Counted from the stretch's first letter, positions 36,333-46,865 are shown. The stretch is 64,000 nt of DNA from Pseudobdellovibrionaceae bacterium (GCA_039810425.1 JBDHWW010000001.1:96001-160000), one strand, 5' to 3'. Notes: generated from the sequence alone by a model not told the origin. Program-made: numbers and translations.

Positions 36333-37163
36333 TTAGTGGAGGTCTTGGTTCTCATCCTTATGAAAGAAAAGGTCCAACAACTCCCGTAGCATCTGAGAAT
36401 TGAGCGGAGCACGTTCCACTTCCAGGTGGGAGGTTTGGATATCATGATCGAATATTGGATTGACTAGGCGACTACTCAGCTCTGTCATCGGCAAAGTAGA
36501 GCTCGTCAGTATCAAAGGTTCTGATAGCGAACGCGGAGATTTCAAGTAGTCCGCAAGCAAAGCCTGATATTCAGCAGAAAGGTTTTCCACGTTCTCCACG
36601 AACAGTGTCATGCCACCTAAGTTGCAGATATCGAGGTCCGATTTGAGCTCTTTAGCGATATCTTCAAAAGGAATGAAGGCCCAACGAGCTGAGAAATCGT
36701 GGATTTGCAGAGCCACCTTCTTGATCAACGAACTGTCGCGCCCCTGAAGGTGCAAAAGTGAAGTGATCATGTGAGCAGGTTGAGTAGTCATTTCTTCTTG
36801 CAAATCTGAATCGTCGTCGCCAAAAAGGGTGACGTTCGTTGCGGAGAAATTCAAAGACTCAATAGTAGCCAAGTTTGTTTCACGACGCTCGAGGTATTCA
36901 TTGTAGAGCTTTGGTTCCAAGACCATGCGAACCAACTGAGTGACACTTTTCTTTTTTTCAGAAGAAAGCTCCCAGCCATGAGGAATCACGGCGGTGCCCA
37001 GGAACTGTTCCTGCACAACAATGGGAATATAAAGGTCGTTCCCCTGAACGACAGGCTCAGAGTCCTCTCTCAGCTTTGAAAGATCCATCATACGACGAAG
37101 CTCCAAACCCTTCCCATAGCGACTGCTTAATAACTGCTTCAGCTTTATCAATGCTGTGTCCAT
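36333..37163 (-). CDS. Hypothetical protein with a degenerate sigma-54-activator-like AAA+ region
   Basis: GGMTLFVENVENLS...QALL resembles the bEBP Walker B region; no Walker A, GAFTGA or HTH. Confidence 0.55.
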   Translation of the reverse strand: MDTALIKLKQLLSSRYGKGLELRRMMDLSKLREDSEPVVQGNDLYIPIVVQEQFLGTAVIPHGWELSSEKKKSVTQLVRMVLEPKLYNEYLERRETNLATIESLNFSATNVTLFGDDDSDLQEEMTTQPAHMITSLLHLQGRDSSLIKKVALQIHDFSARWAFIPFEDIAKELKSDLDICNLGGMTLFVENVENLSAEYQALLADYLKSPRSLSEPLILTSSTLPMTELSSRLVNPIFDHDIQTSHLEVERAPLNSQMLRELLDLFFHKDENQDLH

Positions 37164-37280
37164 CTATAATCCCTCTGGTCCCCATTTATCGACCGTTCGA
37201 AGGATTCCATATTACAAGTCTCATGCCGTAATTTGTCGCTTTCGGCGGGGGGGGATATATCGAATAAAATCAATGCTTTG

Positions 37281-37321
37281 TAAAAAGAAAGGGGTTCTTT
37301 TCATGATCGAAAAGAACCCCT
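37281..37321 (-). terminator. Intrinsic terminator of the sigma-54 activator gene
   Basis: Perfect stem GGGGTTCTTTTC/GAAAAGAACCCC with a U-rich tail on the minus strand. Confidence 0.8.
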
Positions 37322-37368
37322 ATGTTTTGGTCACTAAAGTAAATCTTTCAGAGATTTACAAGACCTCG

Positions 37369-38925
37369 TTAGCGTGCAATCTTACGCTTATCGAGACCGT
37401 ATTTTTCAACTTTCATGATCAAACCGGCGCGGCTGATACCCAGCTCTTTTGCCAATTTTGATTTATTCCAGCCCGTGCGGCGTAAGCCCTCGCGAATCAT
37501 TTCGCGCTCGAGGTCTTCCAAAGCGTCTTTCAACTTACCTTGAAGGCGTGCCCCCTGAACTTTGTTTTTATCGCCGGACTCAAGAACCTTAGGAGAGAGC
37601 AATTCAGCCATCAACTTCGTTTCTTCCCCTGACAATACAACGAGTCTTTCGATTTCATTTTGTAACTCACGAACGTTACCTGGCCAAGCGTAGTCATAGA
37701 GTTTTTCAAGAGCACGCTTTGTCAACAAACGCTTTACGCCACCAGTCGTCTCGGAGATTTTGCCCAAGAAGAAATCCACCAAGTAAGGGATATCTTCTTT
37801 TCTTTCACGGAGCGGGGGGACGCGGATGTTGATAACGTTCAAGCGATAGTACAAATCTTCACGGAAAGTACCTTGTTCAACCATCTCTTTGAGATTTCTA
37901 TTCGTAGCGGCAACGATACGAACGTCAACCTTACGCTGCTCCGTCGCGCCCACTGGCGTGAACGTACCTTCTTGTAAAACGCGAAGCAGTTTTACTTGCA
38001 TTGTCGGTGACGTATCACCGATCTCGTCAAGGAAGAAAGTTCCCTTATCGGCCATTTCGAAGAGACCCTTTTTGTCTTTCAAAGCCCCAGTGAAAGAACC
38101 GCGTACGTGACCGAAGAGTTCCGATTCCAAGAGGTTGTCATTGAATGCAGAACAGTTTTGAATGACGAACGGCTTGTCTTTACGATGGGAATTGTAGTGA
38201 ATTGACTTCGCAATCAACTCTTTACCGGTACCGTTTTCCCCTTGAACAAGCACCGTAGAGTCAGCCCCTTTGATTTTATCCAGCAGAGCGTACAGTGATT
38301 GCATTGGCTTGGATTTACCGATCATATTGTCGTATTTAAATCTGTTGCCCAGTTCTTTATTTAATTCTTTGATTCTGTTTTCACGAGAAGTGATTTCCAA
38401 GTGAAGAGTTACGATCTCTTGAGCAACAAGTTCGCAAACTTCACAGAAATGGCCACGATCATGATCGTCAAGGTACTTCAACTTCCCGAGAGATTTTTCG
38501 ATCGTATCCGCACTCATGCCGAAAGCCGCCAGGCGCTCGCGAATTTCTTCAAGGCGTGGCGTTGAATTTTGCTCACGGAAGAAACCCGTTGCGACAACCG
38601 TTCCAACAAAGTCATTTTCGATCAAGATAGGGAAGACGCCGACATCAAAACCGACCATGTCCCACTTCTTAAGTGAGTAGCGGTTTTGAGAGGTTCTCAA
38701 ATCGTCGATAGTTTTAACAACCATTTCGCCGATGCTGCTTTTAGCGGTTTCTTTTTGCATCAATTGCGCGACAGCTGGGTTGTTGAATTGAGTTTTCTCG
38801 GTATCGAAGCCTTTGATTTGGCCACGTTCATCAGTGAAGATGACGTCGATATTCCACCAAGCGCCAAGAATTTGCTTCAGCTTTCTAATGACATGTATAT
38901 GTTCAAACTCATCCCAATTGATCAT
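37369..38925 (-). CDS. Sigma-54-dependent transcriptional activator with a PocR-like sensor and Fis-type HTH
   Basis: GENGTGKEL, ESELFGH, GSFTGA, FLDEIG, FREDLYYRLNV, WPGNVREL and a C-terminal HTH. Confidence 0.93.
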   Translation of the reverse strand: MINWDEFEHIHVIRKLKQILGAWWNIDVIFTDERGQIKGFDTEKTQFNNPAVAQLMQKETAKSSIGEMVVKTIDDLRTSQNRYSLKKWDMVGFDVGVFPILIENDFVGTVVATGFFREQNSTPRLEEIRERLAAFGMSADTIEKSLGKLKYLDDHDRGHFCEVCELVAQEIVTLHLEITSRENRIKELNKELGNRFKYDNMIGKSKPMQSLYALLDKIKGADSTVLVQGENGTGKELIAKSIHYNSHRKDKPFVIQNCSAFNDNLLESELFGHVRGSFTGALKDKKGLFEMADKGTFFLDEIGDTSPTMQVKLLRVLQEGTFTPVGATEQRKVDVRIVAATNRNLKEMVEQGTFREDLYYRLNVINIRVPPLRERKEDIPYLVDFFLGKISETTGGVKRLLTKRALEKLYDYAWPGNVRELQNEIERLVVLSGEETKLMAELLSPKVLESGDKNKVQGARLQGKLKDALEDLEREMIREGLRRTGWNKSKLAKELGISRAGLIMKVEKYGLDKRKIAR

Positions 38926-38966
38926 AATGAATGCTCCTTCGTAAACTGTCTAATCTTTCAACTTTC

Positions 38967-38994
38967 ATATCGTCAAAAGATTGGACAAACTTGA
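38967..38994 (-). promoter_or_regulatory. Sigma-28 (FliA)-like promoter
   Basis: Minus strand reads TCAAG-N15-GACGATAT, the same spacing as the 31780 site, ~40 bp upstream of the activator start. Confidence 0.5.
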
Positions 38995-39061
38995 GAGCGA
39001 CTGTCTAAAACCTTGTCTAACTAGACCTTCGTCATGGGAAATCGCTTCTGGCATCCGTAAA

Positions 39062-40783
39062 TTAAATACGGTGCTGGAGACTGTAAAATCTGAAATATTC
39101 ACCTTTGGAGTCAAGAAGCTGCTGGTGATTTCCGATTTCAGCAATCTGCCCGGACTTAAGAACTACAATTTTATCGGCATTTTGAATCGTCGATAGACGA
39201 TGGGCAATGATAAGGGCGGTACGGCCCTCCATCAAGTGATCTAAACCCTTCTGAACTTCAATCTCGCTGGCCGTATCGAGCGCACTGGTCGCTTCATCGA
39301 GGATCAGAATAGGCGCATCTTTAAACAGGGCACGGGCAATACTGATTCTTTGTTTCTCACCGCCTGACAGTAGATTACCGCGATCACCGACCAAGCTTTG
39401 ATAACCGTGAGGCATGCGCATAATAAAGTCATTCGCGTTCGCCATCTTGGCCATAGCCGGAACGTCGCTCAAACTGCGCTCAAAATTGCCGGCTTGGATA
39501 TTTCTCTCGATAGAATCACTAAACAAGAAGACGTCCTGATTCACGAGGGCGACATTTTTACGCAAAGCTTGAAGGTTGAAGTCGAGGATATTAGTGCCGT
39601 CGATAAGGATTTCACCCGAAGTCGCGTCAAAGAAGCGCTCAAGGAGGTTCACAATCGTCGATTTACCGCTACCACTTTCGCCGACGAGGGCCACTTGCTC
39701 GCCGCGATTGATGATGAGATTCACATTTTTCAGAATCAAGTCCCGCCCATACGCAAAAGAGACATCTTTATAGACGATCTGTTTCCAGTCCTTCGGGAAC
39801 GGCAGATTTTTTTCACTCTCTTTGACGACGTTCGGATTGTCGATCAAAGAATAGACGCGTTGAGAGGAGACGATAACTTCCTGGATGCGGACGTAGCTTT
39901 CTTGAAACTTCTTAATAGGCTGATTCAAAGCGACAAGAGACGTCACAAACGCCATAAATGCACCCATCGTTGTTCGCCCATCTGCGATCTCCGTGCCGAT
40001 ATAGAGAAAGAGCCCTAATATCAGTAAGGTTGCAACGAACTCTGATACGGGACCCATGATTTCGACACGGGAGTGAATGGTTTTTCGCACTTCCAAGTAG
40101 CCATCAGATTCGTCAACGAGCTTCTTAGCCATAGTTTTTTCAAGATTAAAAGATTGAATTACGCGAACGCCGTCCAAAGATTCTTTGATCGTTGAAGTCA
40201 TTCTTTCCAAAGCTTCTTGCCCTTGCGGTAAGTATTTACGCAAGCTACGGGAGATATTCTTTTGGAAGACGCCTATGATAGGAACGATGATGAGTAGGCT
40301 TAAGGTCAGTTTCCAGTTGATCAAAATCAAATTGCAGAACAAAAAGACCAGGAACAGGGGAGCGCTAAAAATATCCGCGACCATACGAAGACCATCTTGA
40401 ATCACTTTAACGTCATTCAGGATACGAGAAATCAAGCCTCCCGAGCCGGAAGCATAGGTGTTGTGGAATCCGAGGTTGAGCTTCATGAACTTCTGTTGAA
40501 GCTTCTGGCGGATGTTCTGAGTGATGCATTCCGCAACGTAGTTCATCGTAAAGATGTGGAAGTAGCGGCCGATGCCCACCGCGACAGCTAAACCAAAAAT
40601 CAAAATTCCTACCCGGAAAGCGCCATCGATGTTCTTAGCCGTTAAAGCATCCATAAGGAACTGTAGTTGCTTAAAGACAAGTGCCGAGGCCGAAGCATAG
40701 ATGATTCCGGTAATAGCCACGACGACAAGTTGCTTTTTATAGACTTTTGCTTCTTCTAAGATGCGCGAGATTTCAGACTTCAT
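39062..40783 (-). CDS. msbA: ABC exporter, MsbA-like (TMD+NBD)
   Basis: Six-TM domain; GESGSGKST, LSGGEKQR, ILDEATSALD and IAHRLST. Confidence 0.8.
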   Translation of the reverse strand: MKSEISRILEEAKVYKKQLVVVAITGIIYASASALVFKQLQFLMDALTAKNIDGAFRVGILIFGLAVAVGIGRYFHIFTMNYVAECITQNIRQKLQQKFMKLNLGFHNTYASGSGGLISRILNDVKVIQDGLRMVADIFSAPLFLVFLFCNLILINWKLTLSLLIIVPIIGVFQKNISRSLRKYLPQGQEALERMTSTIKESLDGVRVIQSFNLEKTMAKKLVDESDGYLEVRKTIHSRVEIMGPVSEFVATLLILGLFLYIGTEIADGRTTMGAFMAFVTSLVALNQPIKKFQESYVRIQEVIVSSQRVYSLIDNPNVVKESEKNLPFPKDWKQIVYKDVSFAYGRDLILKNVNLIINRGEQVALVGESGSGKSTIVNLLERFFDATSGEILIDGTNILDFNLQALRKNVALVNQDVFLFSDSIERNIQAGNFERSLSDVPAMAKMANANDFIMRMPHGYQSLVGDRGNLLSGGEKQRISIARALFKDAPILILDEATSALDTASEIEVQKGLDHLMEGRTALIIAHRLSTIQNADKIVVLKSGQIAEIGNHQQLLDSKGEYFRFYSLQHRI

Positions 40784-40784
40784 T

Positions 40785-43751
40785 CTACTTCTTTCGGCTT
40801 TCTTCTTTGCCGCTGTGTTCAGCGATGTAACGCTTCAGATATTGGCCTGTGAGACTTTTCTTTTCAGCCATCACGTCTTGTGGGGTTCCGTGAGTGACAA
40901 CGTTGCCGCCTTTTTTGCCGGCCTCTGGACCCATATCGATGATGTAATCAGCTCCGCGGATCACGTCCTGGTTGTGTTCAACCACGATGACGCTGCCGCC
41001 AGCTTCAATGAGTTTATTCAAGACCTTCATCAGCATGTCCACTTCGCGGAAGTGCAGGCCTGTCGTCGGTTCATCGAGGATGTACAGCGTGGCCTTTTGA
41101 TTTACGTTTGAAAGCTCTTTGGCGATTTTTAGACGCTGCGACTCCCCGCCACTGAGGCTATTTGCCGGCTGACCGATCTGCAAGTAATCGAGGCCGACCT
41201 CTTTAAGAACGCTCAGTGGTTTACGAATATTCGGATGAGCCACGAAGAAGCCCATCGCTTCTTGCACGGTCATCGACAGAATCTCGTGAACATTTTTTCC
41301 CTTGTACTGTACTTCAAGAATTTCAGGGCGGTATTTCTTTCCGTCGCAGACATCGCAAGGGATAATCACGTTATCCATGAACTGCATGTCGATTTCTTCG
41401 TAGCCGGTTCCCTTACAAGCAGGGCAGCGGCCGCCATCGACGTTCAAGCTGAATGTGCCGGCTGTGTAGCCACGGACTTTCGCTTCTTCAGTCGATGCCA
41501 TGATATTGCGGATAAGATCAAAAGCTTTTAGGTAAGTAATCGGCGAGCTACGTGCAGATTTACCGATCGCAGACTGATCGATCAAAAGAACGTTCTTAAT
41601 GTTCTCAACACCTTCGACTTTTTTGTATTCTTGAACTGGAAGATATTCAATATCCAAAGCCCTTGCGAGCGCTGGGTACAAAGTCTTCGTGACCAGGGTC
41701 GATTTGCCAGAACCGCTGACGCCGGTGATAACCACAAGACGATTCAACGGGAAAACGACATCGAGGTCTTTCAAGTTATGGCCTTTAGCGCCCTTCAACT
41801 CAATTTTAAATTTATAGCTAGAAAGATCCACAGGTCGAGCTGTGCGCAACGCCTGGAAATCTTTTGAAGGCATCAAGTAAGGCACGGTCACGGACTTGGT
41901 GCTGTCGTAGAATTTCTTCGTCGGACCAGAGTAAACGACTTCTCCACCGAGATATCCAGATCCAGGACCCATCTCGATAATGTTTTCGCTATTTTTAATC
42001 ACATCGTGATCATGCTCAACGATGACAAGAGTATTGCCCAGCTCTTTGAGGTCTTTCAGAATCTCAATCAAGCGGTCATTGTCGCGTGGATGCAAACCAA
42101 CCGTTGGTTCATCCAGCACGTAAAGAGTTTGCGATAACCCCATGCCCAGCTGATTCGCCAGGATCAAGCGCTGATATTCACCGCCCGACAGAGTCCGCGT
42201 TTCACGATTCATCGTCAGGTAGTGCACGCCGACGCGCACGAGGAAGTCCAAGCGCGCACGGATTTGTTTCAGAACTTCGCCCGAGACCTCAACCTGCGCC
42301 GGAGACAGTTCGAGCTTTTTAAAGAACCCACAAAGGTCTTCAATTGTTTTGCTGGAAAGGTCTTCGATATTGGTTTTATCGATGAACACATTCAAAGCTT
42401 CTTTACGCAGACGGGCTCCGTGACATTCGGGACACAAGAATGGGCTTCGATAGCGAGCGATGAACACGCGCACGTGCATTTTGTATTTAATTTGATCAAG
42501 GTACTCGAAAAGACCTTTTACGCCAAAGAACTCTCCGTCGCCATTCCAGATTTTTTCCTTTTGCGCTTTTGGCAGTTCTTTCCACGGTGTGTGGGGATCG
42601 ATCTTGGCTTTCTTCGCATAAGCCATCAATTGACGGCGCTCGTGGGCCGCGCTCGGCATCGTGAAAGGATGAAGCGCGCCCGCCGCCAAACTCAAGTTTG
42701 GGTTGGGCACCACTTTCTTTTCATCGACATCCAAGATATTTCCAAAGCCTTTGCAAGTAGGACATGCGCCAATCGGGCTATTGAAGCTGAACAAGGCCGA
42801 CGTCGTCGGCGGAGGAGTGTAATTACAAATCGGGCAGGAAGCCTCTTCGCTGACCTGCATTTTTTCTCCGTCGGTCGTTAAGATCATCGCGCGGCGGGAA
42901 ATGACGTTGGTATTGTACTTGATGCTAGCTTCGTAAGCGTTCGTCAAAGAATCGGCGATACGGCCTTTTTCGTCCTCTTTGAAAGACATACGGTCAATCA
43001 CGAGGAAGAAGCGGTCTTTCGGCAGGCCCTTCTTAAGGGCTGCCGGTTCGCTGATCTCGACGATGTCGCCCATTTCCTCTTTCAGGATCGTTGAAGCAGG
43101 CTCTGCTAAAGTCGCTTCAGGAGCTTTTTTCTTAGGCGTGGCTTTTGTAACTGCTGCTTTTTTGGCTTTGCCTTTTGCGGGCTTGGCTTCAACCTTGTCG
43201 CCACCTTTAGGAACATAGATGCGCAAGTAACCGTCTTGCAAAAGCAAAGAGTGCAGCTTCTTGCCTTCGGCGACACGCCCATCAGCGGTGATTTCCACCA
43301 AGATGTAACCGCGTTTGCTATCAAAGAACTTAATAACTTTGTCGGTTGCTTCAGTAACGCTTTCTTTTTCACAAGGAACCTTGTGAGTCGGGCAGTAAGG
43401 CGTCCCGACTTTTTCAAAGAACAAGCGCAAGTAGTCGATCACCTCTGTGGTCGTACCCACAGTGGAGCGGCTGCTTTTCACAGTATTTTTTTGCTCAATC
43501 GAAATAGCCGGAGGAATATTATTGATGCCTTCAATGTCCGGCTTCGGCGCTTTGTTCAAGAACTGGCGCGCGTAGTTCGACATGCTTTCGATAAAGCGAC
43601 GTTGCCCCTCGGCAAAGAGAGTTTCAAACGCCAGAGAGCTTTTCCCTGAACCCGAAGGGCCACAAACCACCGTGAGTTGCCCCACAGGAATTTTGACCTC
43701 AATATTCTTTAGGTTATTTTGTTTAACTCCCCAAAGATGGATTTCCTTCAT
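40785..43751 (-). CDS. uvrA: Excinuclease ABC subunit A
   Basis: Two ABC ATPase modules (GPSGSGKSS, GVSGSGKST), zinc fingers, LSGGE and LDEPT; ATG 43751. Confidence 0.93.
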   Translation of the reverse strand: MKEIHLWGVKQNNLKNIEVKIPVGQLTVVCGPSGSGKSSLAFETLFAEGQRRFIESMSNYARQFLNKAPKPDIEGINNIPPAISIEQKNTVKSSRSTVGTTTEVIDYLRLFFEKVGTPYCPTHKVPCEKESVTEATDKVIKFFDSKRGYILVEITADGRVAEGKKLHSLLLQDGYLRIYVPKGGDKVEAKPAKGKAKKAAVTKATPKKKAPEATLAEPASTILKEEMGDIVEISEPAALKKGLPKDRFFLVIDRMSFKEDEKGRIADSLTNAYEASIKYNTNVISRRAMILTTDGEKMQVSEEASCPICNYTPPPTTSALFSFNSPIGACPTCKGFGNILDVDEKKVVPNPNLSLAAGALHPFTMPSAAHERRQLMAYAKKAKIDPHTPWKELPKAQKEKIWNGDGEFFGVKGLFEYLDQIKYKMHVRVFIARYRSPFLCPECHGARLRKEALNVFIDKTNIEDLSSKTIEDLCGFFKKLELSPAQVEVSGEVLKQIRARLDFLVRVGVHYLTMNRETRTLSGGEYQRLILANQLGMGLSQTLYVLDEPTVGLHPRDNDRLIEILKDLKELGNTLVIVEHDHDVIKNSENIIEMGPGSGYLGGEVVYSGPTKKFYDSTKSVTVPYLMPSKDFQALRTARPVDLSSYKFKIELKGAKGHNLKDLDVVFPLNRLVVITGVSGSGKSTLVTKTLYPALARALDIEYLPVQEYKKVEGVENIKNVLLIDQSAIGKSARSSPITYLKAFDLIRNIMASTEEAKVRGYTAGTFSLNVDGGRCPACKGTGYEEIDMQFMDNVIIPCDVCDGKKYRPEILEVQYKGKNVHEILSMTVQEAMGFFVAHPNIRKPLSVLKEVGLDYLQIGQPANSLSGGESQRLKIAKELSNVNQKATLYILDEPTTGLHFREVDMLMKVLNKLIEAGGSVIVVEHNQDVIRGADYIIDMGPEAGKKGGNVVTHGTPQDVMAEKKSLTGQYLKRYIAEHSGKEESRKK

Positions 43752-43980
43752 ACGACTGGTTCCCGTGATTTTTAGAGGTTGAATCAACTGATCGAGAGTA
43801 CTCTTGCCCTGGCCAAATGTCATCTAAGCAGGGGGTGGTTTTGATGGGGGACGTCTTAGATCGTAGAACTGCGAAAACCACGCCGAGTCTGAGAATAAGT
43901 AAGTATATTCATATGTTTAGGATATGGGCGATGTGTCCAGGTATCACACGAGACGAGCGTCTAACGGAGTTTCGGGAATT

Positions 43981-44005
43981 AAAAAGCCGCCTTGGCGGCG
44001 GCTTT
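43981..44005 (-). terminator. Intrinsic terminator after PBP1A
   Basis: AAAGCCGCC-TTGGC-GGCGGCTTT hairpin with a U tail on the minus strand. Confidence 0.8.
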
Positions 44006-44010
44006 GAAGC

Positions 44011-46692
44011 TTAGTTAGCCAAGTCGTCTTTCAGAAAGTCCGTGGCCTCTTCGGATTTGTTACCCGCCGCCGTCGGCTCCGTGCCCTCAATGAAGGCCTG
44101 CCTTAAAACGCTCTTCGTGGTGGCGGTTGCGAGCTTGCCTGAATCGCTATCGATATTCGCAAACACGATGCCATCCGGGACCGGGAAGGTTGTTTGTGGC
44201 AAACCTTCGTGCGCGGTCTTCATGTACTCAACCCAGATTGGCAAAGCGGCCCGACCGCCGACCTCACCTTTACCGATACTGCGTTCTTTATCGAAGCCAA
44301 CCCACACACCCGTTACGATTTGTGGAGTATAGCCGATGAACCAAGCATCGTAGTAACCATTCGTCGTTCCAGTTTTACCAGCAACTTCGCGCCCGATGGA
44401 ACGAGCGCGCCCACCGGTACCGTTTTTATCTTCAACAACGCCTTTCAACAGAGTGGTCATGACGTAAGCGGTTTGAGGTTTGATCAATTGATCTTTGTCT
44501 TCGAAGAAAAAGTTGTAGTCCGCGCGCTTTTTCTTGTCTTCAATCAAAGCCTCCGGGGTCATGGTCTTCATCTTTTCCGCCAAAGCGGTACGACGGTCGT
44601 CGAACTGTTTGTCAAGGTCTGTGATTTCTTTGTTGAAGCGAACATCGAGGCTGACTTCGTCGAGGATTTTTTGGCCCTCTTGGTTTAGAACCTGACGAAC
44701 AATCACTGGGCGGAGACGCTTGCCCAAGCGACCAAACTGACCGAAGGCTTTTGTCATTTCGTACAAAGTCACGCTGCTCGTGCCGAGCACCAAGGTAAAG
44801 TCAGGATTGAGTGGGCTAAAAATGCCCAAACGTTTTGCATAGTCTGACGCCCAAGGAACGCCGATATCTTCAACGATTTTAACCGAAGGAATATTCAAAG
44901 ATTTCACGAGCGCATTACGGAAAATAATATCGCCGCCGAAGCTCTTCGAGTGATTTGATGGTTTCCAAACCTTTGGATCTTCTTGGCCTTCGCTATCGTC
45001 TTTATTCGGATCAGATTCTTCAAACACGATCGGAGAATCCATGATCGGGGTCGCCGGGGTGTAGCCTTTATCGAGAGCCGAAGCATAAACGATGGTTTTA
45101 AAAGAAGAGCCGGTTTGACGTGCTGCTTGAAGTGCGCGGTTGAATTCGTTACGTGCGTAACTGTACCCACCCACCATTGCAAGAACGTCTTGAGTTTGTT
45201 CATCGAAAGAAATCAAAGAACCTTCTACGATCGGCTCTTGATCCAGATCCATAGCAAGGAATTTACCAAACTCCGGAAGGCTGCCGGGTACGATCGGCTT
45301 TTTGCTGTTCTTACCTGGATTGCTCAAGCGTGAAGAGGCAAATACTTCGCCTTTGATTTGTACAAGGATTATGTCGCCGGCGCTCACGGCCTCAGATGGT
45401 TTCTTAATCGTATCAATGTCCCAGCGTTTGTCTGTGTTAGGCTTACGGGCCCAGGTCATATCTTCGAAATCAATCAAACCACGGGCATCACCGACACGAA
45501 CATAGACGAGGCCGTTGGCATCATCGACCTTTTCCACCAGGCCTTCCACGGCCTGGCCGATTTTCAAATAAGACGGCAAGTTCGGGGACGATTTTTTGCC
45601 GTCATTTTCAGGAGTGATGTCATCAAACTTTCCGTCCGGCATAATGATACGCACGGGGGTGGATTCTGCGATGAGTTTCTTGCGGCCATCAACTAAGAAC
45701 TTTTCGATCTCTTCTTTAGAGTCCAACTGTCTGAGGGCTCCGCGGTAACCCTGGCGCTTATCAAGTTCTTTCAGGCCGTTAACGACAGACTCTTGAGCGG
45801 CCAATTGCTTGTCGAGTTCAATGCTCGTGTAGATGCGTAGGCCTTTATCCAAAACTTGCTCTTCACCTAACTGGGCGACAAGCAACTGACGAACCGTTTC
45901 CACCACGGAGGGCGCGAACTGAACATAGTTTTCACGGACGTAGACTTTTACGGGTTGTTTGACGGCGGCCTCCGCCTCTTCTTTGGGAACAAACCCCACC
46001 TCCGCCATGCGGTGAAGGACGTAAGTTTGACGTTCTTTCGCGCGGAGCGGATTTGTCACCGGAGAATAACGAGCCGGAGCCTGGGGAAGACCGGCAAGGA
46101 TTGCCATTTCGGCAAGAGTGAGTTGATCAACAGATTTGTGGTAGTAAGTTTGTGCGGCCACTTCCACACCGTACGCACCTTGACCAAAATAGATCTGATT
46201 CAGGTAGAGATAAAGGATGTCTTCTTTTTTGAGATTCTCTTCCATTTGCTGAGCAAGCATTGCTTCGCGGATTTTTCTTAAGAAAGTTTTTTCGCGGTCA
46301 CGAAGGAGCAAAGTCTTGGCAACTTGCTGAGTGATGGTCGATCCGCCCTGAACAGTGCGGCCAGCCCGGAGGTTGGCAAGAGTGGCACGCAAGATCGCTT
46401 GGTAGTTAATCCCGCCGTGCTGGAAGAACTGATCATCTTCCGCCGCCAGGAACGCTTGAACCAAGTGTTTCGGCATTTTTTCGTAAGGAACGACGATACG
46501 GCGTTCTTCGCGGGAAAGTTCGCCGATTTTTTTATTCTTACGATCGTAAACCTCGGAAACCAACAGTGGTTGGTAATCTTTGACGGTGATGAGTTGCGGA
46601 AGGCCCGACTTCACATGATGGATCAAAGCGAAGACGCCTGCGATACCGACAATTACCAGAACGACACCGGCAATAATTAACTTTTTCAACAC
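44011..46692 (-). CDS. mrcA: Class A penicillin-binding protein 1A
   Basis: EDDQF-H-G and GGSTITQQ transglycosylase motifs; SSFK, SLN and KTGT transpeptidase motifs; GTG start after GAAGGAG (ORF extends to 46731). Confidence 0.93.
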   Translation of the reverse strand: MLKKLIIAGVVLVIVGIAGVFALIHHVKSGLPQLITVKDYQPLLVSEVYDRKNKKIGELSREERRIVVPYEKMPKHLVQAFLAAEDDQFFQHGGINYQAILRATLANLRAGRTVQGGSTITQQVAKTLLLRDREKTFLRKIREAMLAQQMEENLKKEDILYLYLNQIYFGQGAYGVEVAAQTYYHKSVDQLTLAEMAILAGLPQAPARYSPVTNPLRAKERQTYVLHRMAEVGFVPKEEAEAAVKQPVKVYVRENYVQFAPSVVETVRQLLVAQLGEEQVLDKGLRIYTSIELDKQLAAQESVVNGLKELDKRQGYRGALRQLDSKEEIEKFLVDGRKKLIAESTPVRIIMPDGKFDDITPENDGKKSSPNLPSYLKIGQAVEGLVEKVDDANGLVYVRVGDARGLIDFEDMTWARKPNTDKRWDIDTIKKPSEAVSAGDIILVQIKGEVFASSRLSNPGKNSKKPIVPGSLPEFGKFLAMDLDQEPIVEGSLISFDEQTQDVLAMVGGYSYARNEFNRALQAARQTGSSFKTIVYASALDKGYTPATPIMDSPIVFEESDPNKDDSEGQEDPKVWKPSNHSKSFGGDIIFRNALVKSLNIPSVKIVEDIGVPWASDYAKRLGIFSPLNPDFTLVLGTSSVTLYEMTKAFGQFGRLGKRLRPVIVRQVLNQEGQKILDEVSLDVRFNKEITDLDKQFDDRRTALAEKMKTMTPEALIEDKKKRADYNFFFEDKDQLIKPQTAYVMTTLLKGVVEDKNGTGGRARSIGREVAGKTGTTNGYYDAWFIGYTPQIVTGVWVGFDKERSIGKGEVGGRAALPIWVEYMKTAHEGLPQTTFPVPDGIVFANIDSDSGKLATATTKSVLRQAFIEGTEPTAAGNKSEEATDFLKDDLAN

Positions 46693-46865
46693 GGAGATGG
46701 CTCCTTCTAACAGATTAAAATCAGCCATCATTTTAGCAGCGCAAGTGGGGAGGGTCTAGCAATGATAAAAAAAGCCCCCCATGAAGTCGAGCTAGGCTCT
46801 GGACCAGGGAGACTTTTAAATAACGGAAAATGGGACGTGAGTCAGGAAAGAAGCGCTAAATAAAC

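Noticed and set aside
37369..38925. GSFTGA instead of GAFTGA as a sign of an inactive activator
   Set aside because: GSFTGA is a common natural variant and all other bEBP motifs are intact
46766..46817. Imperfect long-loop hairpin between the coiled-coil gene and PBP1A as a possible sRNA
   Set aside because: More simply an imperfect minus-strand terminator; no independent evidence for an RNA gene
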